The translations under genes were made by a program, and so were the position numbers. The notes below the pieces were generated by a model. The model was not told the origin of the DNA, ran no database searches, and saw only the letters and a list, made by a program, of their open reading frames with translations. From a virus (lineage: Duplodnaviria; Caudoviricetes): a DNA stretch of 25,572 nt. Positions within the stretch are counted from its first letter, which is position 1. Each line of letters starts with the position of its first letter. The DNA is taken from positions 1 to 25,572 of IMG/VR virus record IMGVR_UViG_3300048577_000414. One strand, 5' to 3'. Below are positions 24,866 through 25,572 of this stretch, piece after piece.

Positions 24866-25114
24866 ATGGGCGATCACTGGGTGTTCGAAACGCCGTGGGG
24901 GACGGCGTCGATCACGAGCGGCGACGGCGGTTGGTGGATCTGGTTCGGGTCGAAGTTGGTCGACGGTCCGTTCCGATCGCCGGAGATGGCGCTCGACGAA
25001 CTGTCCGGCGGGCACACACCGAGGCTGACGTCCGCGGCGTCCAATCGGCAGGTCGGTCGATCGGTTCCCCGCGATCTCTCCGGTTGGGCCTTCATTCCCG
25101 GCTCGTCCGAATAG
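24866..25114 (+). CDS. Small Trp-rich hypothetical protein, antisense within the early operon
   Basis: AAGGAGG SD 6 nt before the ATG. The 82-aa sequence looks globular (WVFETPWG...WWIWF...GPFRSPE.ALDELSGGHT...DLSGW), unlike GC shadow ORFs. Confidence 0.65.
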   Translation: MGDHWVFETPWGTASITSGDGGWWIWFGSKLVDGPFRSPEMALDELSGGHTPRLTSAASNRQVGRSVPRDLSGWAFIPGSSE

Positions 25115-25461
25115 GCCTCGGCGCGCGCGGCGGCGGCGGTCAGCAACCCGCCGAGCCGGCGGGCCTCCGCCACCGTCATCTCGAACCGGGCGCGCAGGAG
25201 CGGGACGTGGCCGGGATCGAGGTCGAGGACGAGGCGAACATGATCGGGGGCGAGAGCCGACACCGGCCCGGCCCAGGCGACGCGCACGACCTCGTCGTGG
25301 AACGCGGCCACCTGGCGCAGGCAGCGCCGCAGCATCAGCAGCTCGTTCACCGCCGCCTGATGCTCGGCCGGCGTCTGAAGATCATATTCACGCGGGCGGG
25401 CGGCGGCCTCCATCGTGGAGGTCTCGTCGCGGCTGGTCTCGGTCGTGTCGCTGGTGGTCAT
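24874..25461 (-). CDS. First gene of the leftward early operon, hypothetical
   Basis: ATG 31 nt below the predicted -10 box. The first ~115 aa look protein-like; the last ~80 codons are the antisense of 24866-25114. Confidence 0.55.
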   Translation of the reverse strand: MTTSDTTETSRDETSTMEAAARPREYDLQTPAEHQAAVNELLMLRRCLRQVAAFHDEVVRVAWAGPVSALAPDHVRLVLDLDPGHVPLLRARFEMTVAEARRLGGLLTAAAARAEAYSDEPGMKAQPERSRGTDRPTCRLDAADVSLGVCPPDSSSSAISGDRNGPSTNFDPNQIHQPPSPLVIDAVPHGVSNTQ

Positions 25462-25492
25462 CGCATCCCATCCCGAAGCGGTGATGGGGTGC

Positions 25493-25543
25493 ATGATGAG
25501 CCGGAAAAATCCGGTCGTCAACCGGATAACCGGAAATATCCGG
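25493..25543 (-). promoter_or_regulatory. PL-like sigma70 promoter with repressor operators
   Basis: Minus strand: -35 TTGACG (25521-25516), 17-bp spacer, -10 CATCAT (25498-25493). Palindromes CCGGAAAAATCCGG (25501-25514, in the spacer) and CCGGAAATATCCGG (25530-25543), plus CCGGATAACCGG (25522-25533). Confidence 0.75.
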
Positions 25544-25572
25544 CTTCAAGGGTGGCGAATTATCGCGGCCCT

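Overview
The whole window reads as one high-GC temperate siphovirus of an alphaproteobacterial host, with no host chromosomal genes visible. The + strand (1-15198) is the distal late operon. It encodes a tail-assembly chaperone pair joined by a -1 frameshift, a 1593-aa tape measure protein with a 224-codon internal duplication and an embedded SleB-like domain, lambda M/L/K-like tail-tip genes, and TipJ. It ends with a mosaic tailspike and an RcGTA-type head-spike base plus an Ig/SGNH fibre. At 15397-15441 lies the 3' half of tRNA-Gly(CCC), flanked on both sides by phage genes, so it is most likely attP. The - strand (15466-25461) is the early leftward operon: tyrosine integrase, overlapping excisionase-like HTH, SH3/SNase chimera, SSB, a phage beta-clamp, YodC-like protein, DUF2303 with a partner carrying a candidate clamp-binding motif, an HD phosphohydrolase, small membrane proteins and an ATP-dependent DNA ligase. 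A nested antisense gene sits near its start. The operon is apparently driven from an operator-covered PL-like promoter at the right edge. The best candidates for new biology are the clamp-centred early DNA-metabolism module, the head-spike fibre lacking the canonical SGNH serine, and the antisense gene/ligase pair with mutually complementary ribosome-binding sites. All family calls come from motif recognition by eye; no database searches were run.
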